Positions 43,370-52,480 of a stretch of 64,000 nucleotides of DNA are shown here, piece after piece. Made by a program: the position numbers and the translations under genes. Numbering within the stretch: position 1 is the first letter of the stretch; each line of letters opens with the position of its first letter. Source of the DNA: Haliotis cracherodii (taxonomy: Eukaryota); NCBI RefSeq assembly GCF_022045235.1, contig NW_027266279.1, positions 12,152,001 to 12,216,000 on the forward strand, read 5' to 3'. Below the pieces are notes generated by a model, which had not been told where the DNA came from, did no database searches, and saw only the letters and a program-made list of their open reading frames with translations.

Positions 43370-43520
43370 AGTCAAAGACAATGTGGGGTAGCCCCTGTAT
43401 ATGTAGAAACAAGAAGACCTGTCGAGGAAAGAACTTGTTTTAAATGTCAAGATTCAGTTGAGGATGATTTTCTTTATTGCCCACTGTATCTTGACATCCG
43501 TAATTTTGAATCGAGAACAT
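43370..43520 (+). pseudogene. Non-LTR retrotransposon ORF2 C-terminal relic
   Basis: PVEERTCFKCQDSVEDDFLYCPLYLDIR resembles the R-x-C-x2-C...VED-x-HF...CP-x-Y end of LINE ORF2. Confidence 0.55.
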
Positions 43521-43949
43521 TCTCAAAATATGTTTCAAAGCCCAGTCTGGAATGGAAGTCGCCATTTCTAAAACAGCACCGTAAAGCTCGAGAAAGTTGC
43601 TGTCTGACTGGCTAATGTCGACTTCCTGTTAGTCATTTCATTGGTCGGTCAAAGCTCGCGAAATATCGTCCTGTAATGAGATGTCCTAAGATCTGTATGT
43701 AACGGTGGAGAAATCAGATTTAAAAGGAGAACTAGACGCTTGCTTCTTCCCGGCTGTCTGAGGCTGCCCCCCGGTACTTGTGAAATGCAGTGAGTCGATT
43801 TGCTGGCGTGACAAACGCATCGACTACCGTCTGTAGGGACAGCGGGAAGAATTTCTGAGGCAATTTACGCATTTCTGAACTGTGATTGGTTATCCGTGAT
43901 CAAAGTAATATTTCGATATTCAAAGGGCGGATTAATTTCTTCAACTAAA

Positions 43950-44260
43950 ACGGAAAAAAAGAACGGTGGAAGCTTTGTTTCTTGGCAAAGTCAAAAACAA
44001 GGTAATTTGGCCAAGAAGTTTAACTTCACCTTCAGGTATATCGGAGATATGATATCGTTCAATAACCATCAAAAAGCTTATTCCTTTCGCTAGCAATATT
44101 AATATTCCTGCAGCCCCAACCCTAGGTGTGTACATTGGACATATTTTGAGGTACATCGAGCATGCTCTTTCTACCAAAATATTAAAGAGCATCATACGAC
44201 ACTTGCTCAGAAGTTGTTTGATCAAGGTTTCAACATCCAATGCCCCAGTAAAGCTTTCAG
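43950..44260 (+). pseudogene. Penelope-like reverse transcriptase relic
   Basis: LAKKFNFTFRYIGDMISFNN resembles the FRYIDD catalytic motif (decayed); a frameshifted continuation follows. Confidence 0.5.
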
Positions 44261-44755
44261 AAAATTTTATGGCAGACATGTGGAGGAAATGTGTAAATTT
44301 GACGCATCATGGACAAATAATGATGTCCGATGCAGTTCCTATTTTGACATTTTCCATTGGTTTAAGTAGGGAACATTCATTTTGAGAATGAGGAGTGAAC
44401 AATATTGTAATGCATTATGGAACATACTCAATAGAAATTGTGTTTATACAGTAGCATGTCAAATTTCCATTTCAAGAAAGGGAACTGAAAGTTTAACAAA
44501 GCCAAGGAAAACGACAAATGATTGCAACCATGATAGCACTCACATTGACAATATCAGGTGTTTGTGAAAGTGGACACATAAAAAACTATCAATACTGCAT
44601 GTATTCGCGTAACATCCGGTTCATAAGGTCAAACGTGTAGCTTGTCCACTATAGCATATGTGAATATGAGAGGAATAACATTTCAGAGTAAGTTAGTTAT
44701 TTCCAGATGGATGTTCACATTATTCAGTATTGCTTGGCAACGGTATAAAAATCTA

Positions 44756-45304
44756 AGTAGTTAAGTACTGTGGTATGGAACACCTCAGGATTATGGAACC
44801 ACTCAGGATTATGGAACCGGAAGTGACGTCACATCCTCTGTGACGTCACTTCCGGTCACGTGACCTGCGCAGTGCATGATGGGACTCTGCGCGTGCGCCT
44901 CCAAGATGGCGTCGCTTCCGTTTCCGGTGGCGTGCGCCTCCAAGAGGGCGTGGCTTCCGTGTCCGGTGGCGTGCGCCTCCAAGAGGGGCGTCGCTTCCGT
45001 GTCCGGAGTCGCGCGCCTCCAAGAGGGGCGTCGCTTCCGTGTCCGGAGGCGCGCGCCTCCAAGAGGGGTGGCGCTTCCGTGTCCGGTGGCGCGCGCCTCC
45101 AGGGGGTGGCGGTGGTGGAGGGAGGGAGGGAGGGAGGGAGGGAGGGAGGGTGGTGGTGGTGAAGGGAGGGAGGGAGGGAGGAAAGGAAGGAAAGGAGGAG
45201 GAGACGGGTTCATGGTGTGGGTGGGTGGGTGGGTGGGAGGGTCGTCAAAGCAAAGGAGGAAAGTTGTCTTTCGGGAGAGATGGGTGGCCCTGAAAAGGGC
45301 CGTT
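44756..45304 (+). repeat. Left terminal inverted repeat (549 bp)
   Basis: Reverse complement of 56077-56647; contains TATGGAAC repeats, a 41-bp palindrome, 39-40 bp GC-rich tandem units, (GGGA)n and a histone-type stem-loop. Confidence 0.96.
44816..44856. promoter_or_regulatory. Palindrome of two ETS-CRE composite sites in the left TIR
   Basis: ACCGGAAGTGACGTCACA-TCCTC-TGTGACGTCACTTCCGGT: 18-bp perfect stem, followed by E-box GTCACGTGAC. Confidence 0.75.
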
Positions 45305-45307
45305 TTG
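45264..45307 (-). terminator. Histone-type 3' stem-loop and downstream element (copy 1)
   Basis: Minus strand CAAAAC-GGCCCTTTTCAGGGCC-ACCCA-TCTCTCCCGAAAGACAA; stem-loop 45286-45301, 10 nt after the stop of ORF 45312-45650. Confidence 0.88.
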
Positions 45308-45311
45308 ATAT

Positions 45312-45650
45312 TTACATGCATGTGCACGCCATGGTGCAAAGGCACGGGTGGACTTTCATTTGACGTCTGACAGGACACCTACTGGTGTGCGTTAACCGAC
45401 GCACGTAGGTGTCCTTGAGGATGGTCTTACAGTACACACATTCGAAAGTCCCATCCCGTGCCCTTGTGCCAAGGGCGTACACAGGCAGGCCCCCTTGGCA
45501 TCTGTCGCATTGCCATGCTGGAGACCATGGTGGTGGTGGTGGTGATGCTTCTTTCCACCCGGGCAAAGGTTGTTTCACTGTGGCGATTTCTAAATCCCAG
45601 TTTTCTTTCATGTGGTAGTTGTTGCTGTTGCTGTTGCTGCTGCTCATCAT
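45312..45650 (-). CDS. Small Cys-rich putative zinc-binding protein (112 aa)
   Basis: CDRC...CVYC pair and terminal CLCTMACTC; ATG ~50 nt downstream of the TATAAAA of promoter copy A; stop next to the histone stem-loop. Confidence 0.68.
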   Translation of the reverse strand: MMSSSNSNSNNYHMKENWDLEIATVKQPLPGWKEASPPPPPWSPAWQCDRCQGGLPVYALGTRARDGTFECVYCKTILKDTYVRRLTHTSRCPVRRQMKVHPCLCTMACTCM

Positions 45651-45659
45651 GATGAATCA

Positions 45660-45962
45660 ATTTTACAAGTGACACTGACCCACTCGAATCCACTGTTGTT
45701 TTATAGGAGAGGTACTGACACCCACCCTCCTGGTTGGTTCGCCAGACCGCAGCTCCGATTGGTTCGTTCCGGGGCCTGGTCAGCACCTCGGTTTTCCAAA
45801 ACGGACCGACCCCTGTGTTTCTTTTCCATAGGAAATGGATTTTACCATGGGAGAGAAAGCACAACCCCGGTTCGGCCAATCAGAGCCCCACCTGGTCCGA
45901 GCACCGCTTCTGATTGGTCGACAACCCAGGCTTCGGATTGGTCCCATTTCGATCCGGTTTTT
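45660..45962 (-). promoter_or_regulatory. Repeated multi-CCAAT/TATA promoter module, copy A
   Basis: Homologous to 47332-47630, 52040-52275 and 55030-55300; TATAAAA on the minus strand at 45705-45699. Confidence 0.8.
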
Positions 45963-46503
45963 TCTTCTTGGGTAGCCTTGGTATTTTTTTTTGAGGTAGA
46001 CGGTCGTCTGAATGCTAAAGGAAGGTGGACCTTCATCGGTAGACATGAACGTGGGAATGCCTACGTGATGTACGTGTGTGTCACTCCCATGCCAATCGGA
46101 ATGTCATGTGTGCATGTGTGTGTGTGGGTATGTGTGTATGTCTTCAAACAGACGTTGACGTTGATGTATAGAATAGCGTGTGGTCAGGCAAAACGTAGTG
46201 TCGCGATGTGAACGTCATGTACACGTGGTGTCCTGTGTGTGTGTGTGTGTGTCTTCAAATTAGTATTATTATGATTATTTAAGGATACCGAGGTGTTGAC
46301 ACCCGTGTAAGTCGACAGACGTACTGTGACACGTGTTTTCATGCACACGTGATGTTTGACGTGGTGTACCACGTGTCTCTATTGATCTATTTATATTTAT
46401 ATCTATTTATTTTATTTTTAGACGTGTGCCTCCAAGAGGCCTAGGGGAGGGTGTGGGTTCTTTGTTTTGGATTGTCATTGTTTGGCAAAGCAAAGGTAGA
46501 AAG

Positions 46504-46549
46504 TTGTCTTTTGGGTGAGATGGGTGGCCCTGAAAAGGGCCGTTTTGGG
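46504..46549 (-). terminator. Histone-type 3' stem-loop and downstream element (copy 2)
   Basis: Minus strand CCAAAAC-GGCCCTTTTCAGGGCC-ACCCA-TCTCACCCAAAAGACAA; stem-loop 46526-46541, ~310 nt downstream of the BIR gene stop. Confidence 0.86.
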
Positions 46550-46854
46550 AAAGAAGAAAACTTTTCTGCTGCTGTCCAAGAAGAATGATCATGTCCAAGC
46601 TTATTGACAAGACAAGGATCGTCGAAGGGGTACTTGCTGCCATCTGGGTATGTCATCGGGGTGACCACCGTGACACCACTTGTGGGTCCAACAAAGAAAA
46701 GTTTGTTGGAAACAGGAAGCGGAAACAGATTGAACCATTCACAACAACAACTGTAGACAAACGGGAACTTGAACGGGAACTGGAACGGGAACTTGAACGG
46801 GGAACTGGAACGGGAACTTGAACGGGAACGCAGGACACGAGAAACGTCGTCCTC

Positions 46855-47331
46855 CTAGGCAGCCGGCTCTGCTACGTCATTCGTGTACCTCTGTTTCTCT
46901 TCGCAGAGATAGTGTAGTTGTAGTTGCTTCTGGTGTTTCACCAGCCCGGTTAGCTTGAGGTAATCGCAGTCTGGGGACCACTTGTGATGTGCCGCCCAAG
47001 GATTGTCGTGGGGTGCCCATTGTCTCAGCCGCACACCACATTGGAAACAGCACACACCATCGGCACCCTGAGTGTAGACAAAGCCCGCATGAGCCATCTC
47101 CTCAGCAGTCTGATACATTTGCGTGGGCCACGTCTCAAACGAAGCGAGCCTTCTTTCAAAGCGCAGATAATAGTGCGATGGTGTTTGACTGAGCAGTGAC
47201 ACCGCCTCCTCGGCATGACTCTTACTCCAACATGCACGAGTATCTGTACCCTCCATTCCCACATCTTCGCTACGCGTCGTCGTCGTACCACTCCTCTTTG
47301 TTTCAGCCATTCTTGATTTTATCACATCCAT
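46855..47331 (-). CDS. Single-BIR-domain inhibitor-of-apoptosis-like protein 1 (158 aa)
   Basis: RRLASFETWP...MAHAGFVY...DGVCCFQCGVRLRQW...DNPWAAHHKWSPDCDYL: complete BIR with CxxC...H...C zinc ligands. Confidence 0.93.
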   Translation of the reverse strand: MDVIKSRMAETKRSGTTTTRSEDVGMEGTDTRACWSKSHAEEAVSLLSQTPSHYYLRFERRLASFETWPTQMYQTAEEMAHAGFVYTQGADGVCCFQCGVRLRQWAPHDNPWAAHHKWSPDCDYLKLTGLVKHQKQLQLHYLCEEKQRYTNDVAEPAA

Positions 47332-47630
47332 TTTACAAGTGACACTGACCCATTCGAATCCACTCTTGTTTTATGGGGGAAGAACCGGATCGAAATGGGG
47401 TGCTTCCTGGTTGGTCCAAAACGCAACGCACCGATTGGTTCGTTTCGGGGCCTGGCCTGCACCTCGGTTTTCCAAAACGACCCGACCCCTGTGTTTCTTT
47501 TCCATAGGAAATGGATTTTACCATGGGAGAGAAAGCACAACTCGGGTCGGGTGCTGCCTTCTGATTGGTCGAGGCTGTCTTCTGATTGGTCGACAATCCA
47601 GGCTTCGGATTGGTCCGATTTCGATCCTGT
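47332..47630 (-). promoter_or_regulatory. Promoter module copy B, between the divergent BIR1 and pPolB genes
   Basis: Four ATTGG boxes, CATAAAA at 47375-47369, and the same 5' leader (GTGGATTCGA.TGGGTCAGTGTCACTTGTAAAA) as copy A. Confidence 0.8.
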
Positions 47631-47708
47631 TTTGGGGAAGGGTTGTCCATCCATCAGACGTTCAGACCCTCTTAGAGTACAGGCGTTCATCAGACACACA
47701 TCGTTATC

Positions 47709-50700
47709 ATGACGAGCAACCAAAGTACGCCCTATCGTTTGGAGAGGAAAGATACCACCCGCTCCAGACGGTTAAGAACTGCTAATCATACCTATCGTTT
47801 GACTTTCAACCCAGACTACTTGGACACCGTACCACCGGAACGCGTCCCCCTGGAACTGCCAGCTTTATTTGACAGGGTGATCGATGACTTTTATGAACAG
47901 ATGTCAGGTCAGAAGGGAGATCGTATTGGTCTAGGTATCGATCATCCCGCTTTGAACACCCCCATACGGATTCCCTTTCGACGTTTTGAAGATCTCCATG
48001 GGCCAGATATTTTGCAGGCCGTGGAAAAAGTCCAACAGTCCAACAAAGACCTGAACATCGATGACACCATGGATGTGACTTTAGTACACGTCGCAGATCC
48101 CGACAGGCTAGGATCGGGCAGTGGTGCTCCCCGGGTGAAAAACGTGATTGGACTCGAAGCTTTTTTAACACGCAAAAGGTGCATCGTACGGATCAAGAAC
48201 GAAGATCAATCCTGTTTGGCACGGGCCCTGGTGGTGGCACAGCATTATGCCCACAAACCCCATCCTTTGACCCCAGCATGGAAAGCCCAGTTAGTGAGAC
48301 TGATGAGAACGAATCGCGTCGACGTTCAAGGCCTACGGGCACGGGCCTTGTTTCGACGCCTTGGCCTGCCTGAAGGTCCCTGTCGGGGGCTGGACGACCT
48401 CGCACGCGTGGGACGGGCCTTGACCCACCTGCATTATCAACTGAAAGTCTACAGTCAAGAGGTGGGTCAGAGACTGTTGTACAAGTGTGATGAGGCTCCA
48501 CCTCACGCCACGGTGCTGCATCTATACCATCATGATCAGCACTACGATGTCATCACTTCCATGTCCGCTTTTTACGGGTCTGACCATTACTGCGAACGTT
48601 GCGACAAACGTTACGACCATCCCGAAAAACATCCCTGCACCAAGGAATACCGCTGTCACCGCTGCTTCTACTCTAGCTATTGTGGACCCCAGGAAGAGCT
48701 CGGGATCCCTTGCTTGACATGTCAAGGTTGGTTCCCCAATCCAACGTGTTACACCCGACATCTCCAGTCACCGTCAGAGGGAAAACCCAGCGCCTGTCAA
48801 TCGATTCACAGGTGCCCGAACTGTTTTCAGCTGGTCCGCGTCTTGGAGACCCCCATGGTTCACCACGAGTGCTTCGACGAAGAACATCCCTGCTTGGTGT
48901 GCCGAGAACCCATGACCCCAGACCATCGCTGTTACATGACGCCTCTCCGTGAAGAAAACGAGGAGGGGGAGGAGGGGGAGGAGGGGGAGGGGGAGGGGGG
49001 AGAGGAAACGGAGAAGGAGGGGGAAGAGGAACAACATCACGTACGAGACGACGTCCAATACGTCTTCTACGATTTTGAATGCATGCAAGACACGGGGGAA
49101 CACATTCCAAATTTGTGCGTGGTGCAACTAGGATGTGGACGATGCATCAGTGAAGTGAGCAAGAACTTGTGCGAACACTGCCCATGGAGAGAAGAAGGGT
49201 ATGGTCCCAGCCGTGAGATCGTGTTTCGAGGGCCCACCACGCGACATGATGTGTGTGTGTGGTTGACCACGTTGTGTGAAATACCCAAGAAGAAGAAGCC
49301 CAACCCGGAGGAAGAGGAGGACAGCACACGCAAGGGCACAACAGCCCCCCTGGGGAAAAAAAGAAAACGGGATGGCACCCCCTCAAGAAAGGACGCTACC
49401 AAACGTCAACGGCATGCATCACCCCAGCAGGAGGCGGAGGAGACGGAAGAGGTGGAGGAGGTGGAAGAGGTCATGGAAGTGGAGAAAACAAAGAAGCCAA
49501 AGAACAAGAACACCTCCTGCCATACAGTCCCGAAGGAGGATCGCATTTATGTGATGGCCCACAATGCACGATCCTATGATTTACACTTAATCCTGAAGGG
49601 CCTGTCCCCCCTCCTGGTGACGCTCCCCACCAAGATTCGACATGGCCAACACATTTTGCAGATGACCCTGGGACGGCTGTGTTTCGAAGACAGCTTAAAT
49701 TTCATCCCTTACCCCCTGAAAGCCTTTCCCAAGAGCTTTGGGCTGAAAGAAATGAAGAAAGGGTACTTTCCACACTTTTTCAATACGAGAGTCAACCAGA
49801 CCTACAGAGGTCCCTATCCACCAGCCGTCACGTACGATCCCGATGGCATGTCTCCCGCGGAACGCTCAGCCTTCCTCCAGTGGCATACCCAAAAAGTGCA
49901 AGAAGGAGCCTTGTTCGACTTACAAGAAGAACTTTTAGCTTACTGCCAGAGCGATGTGGACATTTTGAGACGGGGATGCGCCGACTTCCGACAGAACGCC
50001 ATCCACTCGGTGGGCATGGATCCCTTTGTGGAAGTGATGACAGCTGCTGCGTTCACCATGAAATCCTTCCGAAAACACGACCTGAAACCCAATACCATCG
50101 CCATTCTTCCACCTCAAGGCTACCAACCCAAGAGAAACTATTCCCAGGCCTGTATGCACTGGCTCCACTCTCTGATGGAAAGGGACCCCCATCTGCACCT
50201 CCAGCACGCCAGGAATGGCGGTGAAAAAGAGTTCACCTGTGGAGAGGGTCAACATCGGTACAGCGTGGATGGGTACGATCCAGCGACAGGCACCGTCTAC
50301 GAATTCCTGGGCTGTTTCTGGCATGGGTGCAACACCTGTCACAAGACCCGACGTGGAGAACCGCATCCCGTCCTGGGCACGTCGTTGGGAGCCCGTTACA
50401 CCGACACCCACTACCGCTTGAGTCTCTTGAGTCAACACCCTGAGGTGAAACGGGTCGTCGCCCTGTGGGAGCACGAATTTACGAAAATGCAACGGGAGGA
50501 CTCCGCTCTACGTGCTTTCTTGCAGGGACCCCACTGTCGTCACGTCCCCGGGCCACTCAACCCTCGCGACGCCTTCTATGGAGGACGCACCAATGCCACG
50601 CGATTATGCTACGAAGCCCAAGAAGGTGAAACCATCAAGTACATCGATATTTGTTCCCTTTATCCCTACATTTGTAAGACCGGAGCGTTTCCCACGGGAC

Positions 50701-51971
50701 ACCCGACCCTTCTCCATCAACCCCCTGTGGACACGTTGTTTGAACTGAAAGGCCTGATCCAATGCCGTGTCCTACCCCCGAAACGACTCTACCATCCGCT
50801 ACTGCCTTACAGATTGGGCGGCAAACTGCTCTGTCCTTTGTGCCGTACGTGTGCCGATACCCGGTCAGACTCCCCCTGCGAGCACACGGACGAAGAGAGG
50901 TCATGGGTGGGGACGTACGCCACCGTAGAACTCCAGGAAGCCGTGAAGAAGTATGACTACCGGGTGCTTCAGATCTACGACGTTTGGCATTTTGACACCT
51001 TTGCACAGCATGACCCCGACACCCAGCAAGTGGGACTCTTTGACACTTACATCGATCGACATTTCAAGGAGAAGCTCGAAGCCAGCGGATACCCCGAAGG
51101 ATGTACGGATCACGACGCTTACATCCAGGAGATCTACGACAAAGAAGGCATTCGGTTGGACAAGGACCGCATCGAAAAAAATCCAGGACGCCGCACGATT
51201 GCCAAGATGCAACTGAATTCGCTCTGGGGCAAGTTTGGGCAACGGGTAGACTACAGTCAGAACGTCTATATGAACGATCCTGCACAGTACTTTGCCTTGT
51301 GGAGGGATGACCGCAATACCATCGAGGATGTGACCGTTGTCAACGAACACATGGTGGATGTGACCTATACCCAGCGGAAAGAATTCCAAACCCCTCATTC
51401 TCATTTCAATGTCGCCATCGCTGCTTGGGTCACCGCCCAAGCACGTCTCAAGCTGTACGAGACCCTTGCCCTGGTGGGCCGCAGGGTCTTGTACTTTGAC
51501 ACGGACAGCGTCATTTACATTCATCGACCCCACGACGCGAATCCAGAGCTGGGTCATTCGTTGGGTGAGTTTACGGATGAACTGGACGGAAACACCATCA
51601 AGACGTTTGTGTCAGGAGGTCCCAAAAACTATGGCTATGAGTTAATGAACCCCAGACCCGATGGAACGCGCACGACCTGCAAAGTGCGAGGGTTCACTTT
51701 GAATTACCGAAACCAACGCCATCTCAACTTTGACACCATGAAAGGACTGATACTGGGACAACGGTCTGGGAAAGAGGAGGAAGAGAAAATCAGTTTGGAT
51801 TACCCTCATCAGATCATTCGAAAAGGACCTCGGCACGAAAACGCACTCGTGACCCGCCCCACCCGAAAAGACTATCGTACCGTGTACGACAAGCGACGTG
51901 TGGTCTACGACGACACCACAGGCCTACCTGTAGACACGCTACCCTTTGGGTACAGAGACGACTTTCTATAA
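47709..51971 (+). CDS. polB: Protein-primed family B DNA polymerase (Polinton pPolB), 1420 aa
   Basis: ExoI VFYDFEC, ExoII AHNARSYD, ExoIII YCQSDVDIL, FYGGRT, motif A YIDICSLYP, motif B KMQLNSLWGKFGQ, motif C YFDTDS, GPKNY, KVRGF; uninterrupted ORF. Confidence 0.97.
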   Translation: MTSNQSTPYRLERKDTTRSRRLRTANHTYRLTFNPDYLDTVPPERVPLELPALFDRVIDDFYEQMSGQKGDRIGLGIDHPALNTPIRIPFRRFEDLHGPDILQAVEKVQQSNKDLNIDDTMDVTLVHVADPDRLGSGSGAPRVKNVIGLEAFLTRKRCIVRIKNEDQSCLARALVVAQHYAHKPHPLTPAWKAQLVRLMRTNRVDVQGLRARALFRRLGLPEGPCRGLDDLARVGRALTHLHYQLKVYSQEVGQRLLYKCDEAPPHATVLHLYHHDQHYDVITSMSAFYGSDHYCERCDKRYDHPEKHPCTKEYRCHRCFYSSYCGPQEELGIPCLTCQGWFPNPTCYTRHLQSPSEGKPSACQSIHRCPNCFQLVRVLETPMVHHECFDEEHPCLVCREPMTPDHRCYMTPLREENEEGEEGEEGEGEGGEETEKEGEEEQHHVRDDVQYVFYDFECMQDTGEHIPNLCVVQLGCGRCISEVSKNLCEHCPWREEGYGPSREIVFRGPTTRHDVCVWLTTLCEIPKKKKPNPEEEEDSTRKGTTAPLGKKRKRDGTPSRKDATKRQRHASPQQEAEETEEVEEVEEVMEVEKTKKPKNKNTSCHTVPKEDRIYVMAHNARSYDLHLILKGLSPLLVTLPTKIRHGQHILQMTLGRLCFEDSLNFIPYPLKAFPKSFGLKEMKKGYFPHFFNTRVNQTYRGPYPPAVTYDPDGMSPAERSAFLQWHTQKVQEGALFDLQEELLAYCQSDVDILRRGCADFRQNAIHSVGMDPFVEVMTAAAFTMKSFRKHDLKPNTIAILPPQGYQPKRNYSQACMHWLHSLMERDPHLHLQHARNGGEKEFTCGEGQHRYSVDGYDPATGTVYEFLGCFWHGCNTCHKTRRGEPHPVLGTSLGARYTDTHYRLSLLSQHPEVKRVVALWEHEFTKMQREDSALRAFLQGPHCRHVPGPLNPRDAFYGGRTNATRLCYEAQEGETIKYIDICSLYPYICKTGAFPTGHPTLLHQPPVDTLFELKGLIQCRVLPPKRLYHPLLPYRLGGKLLCPLCRTCADTRSDSPCEHTDEERSWVGTYATVELQEAVKKYDYRVLQIYDVWHFDTFAQHDPDTQQVGLFDTYIDRHFKEKLEASGYPEGCTDHDAYIQEIYDKEGIRLDKDRIEKNPGRRTIAKMQLNSLWGKFGQRVDYSQNVYMNDPAQYFALWRDDRNTIEDVTVVNEHMVDVTYTQRKEFQTPHSHFNVAIAAWVTAQARLKLYETLALVGRRVLYFDTDSVIYIHRPHDANPELGHSLGEFTDELDGNTIKTFVSGGPKNYGYELMNPRPDGTRTTCKVRGFTLNYRNQRHLNFDTMKGLILGQRSGKEEEEKISLDYPHQIIRKGPRHENALVTRPTRKDYRTVYDKRRVVYDDTTGLPVDTLPFGYRDDFL

Positions 51972-52039
51972 CTTTTTTTTTTGCATGACAAGGGGATCGA
52001 AACTGAATCGACATGAACCCCTTACAGAAAAAAAAAAAA

Positions 52040-52275
52040 AAAAACGGATCGAAATCGGACCAATCCGAAGCCTGGGTTGTCGACCAATCAGAGACCGTGC
52101 TCGAGCCATGGTGGGCTCTGATTGGTCGAACCGAGGTTGTGCTTTCTCTCTCACGCTACAAGCCTAACCCTATGGAAAAGAAACACAAGGGTCGGTCCAG
52201 TTTGGAAAAATGGAGACTCAGACCAGACACCGGAACGGACCAATCAGAAAGCAGGACCTCCGTGGCTTTTAATAC
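52040..52275 (+). promoter_or_regulatory. Promoter module copy C (most diverged)
   Basis: GGATCGAAATCGGACCAATCCGAAGCCTGGGTTGTCGACCAATCAG... shared with the other copies; TTTTAATA in the TATA position; upstream of the gene at 52481. Confidence 0.75.
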
Positions 52276-52480
52276 GCCCGATGCTCTCCGGTCATCACTT
52301 TTCACTGAACCGACCAAGCAACCACATCGCCCCCCTCTGATTGATGTTCCTCACGTTGTGTTGGTTGTTGGCGTTTTATCTGGAAGAAACACGTGTTTGG
52401 AGAGAGTACCATCAAGTGTTGACGCACCTCCGTGAAGACTTGAAAAGAAACAACAACGAACAGAACATCCGGACAACATC

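Noticed and set aside
45286-45301. Histone gene next to the stem-loops
   Set aside because: No H1, H2A, H2B, H3 or H4-like sequence in the ORF track near any of the three stem-loops.
44809-45378. ORFs in the TIRs (and mirror ORFs at 55949-56594)
   Set aside because: They arise from GC-rich tandem units and (GGGA)n tracts lacking stops, and frames differ between the two TIRs.
45612-46211. Mutually similar ORFs at 45612-46211, 47322-47785, 52013-52435, 54952-55419
   Set aside because: The similarity comes from the repeated promoter module; frames and strands are inconsistent between copies and conservation centres on CCAAT/TATA motifs.
47806-51836. Many antisense or overlapping ORFs within pPolB
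   Set aside because: Shadow ORFs of a GC-rich coding region with no recognisable motifs.
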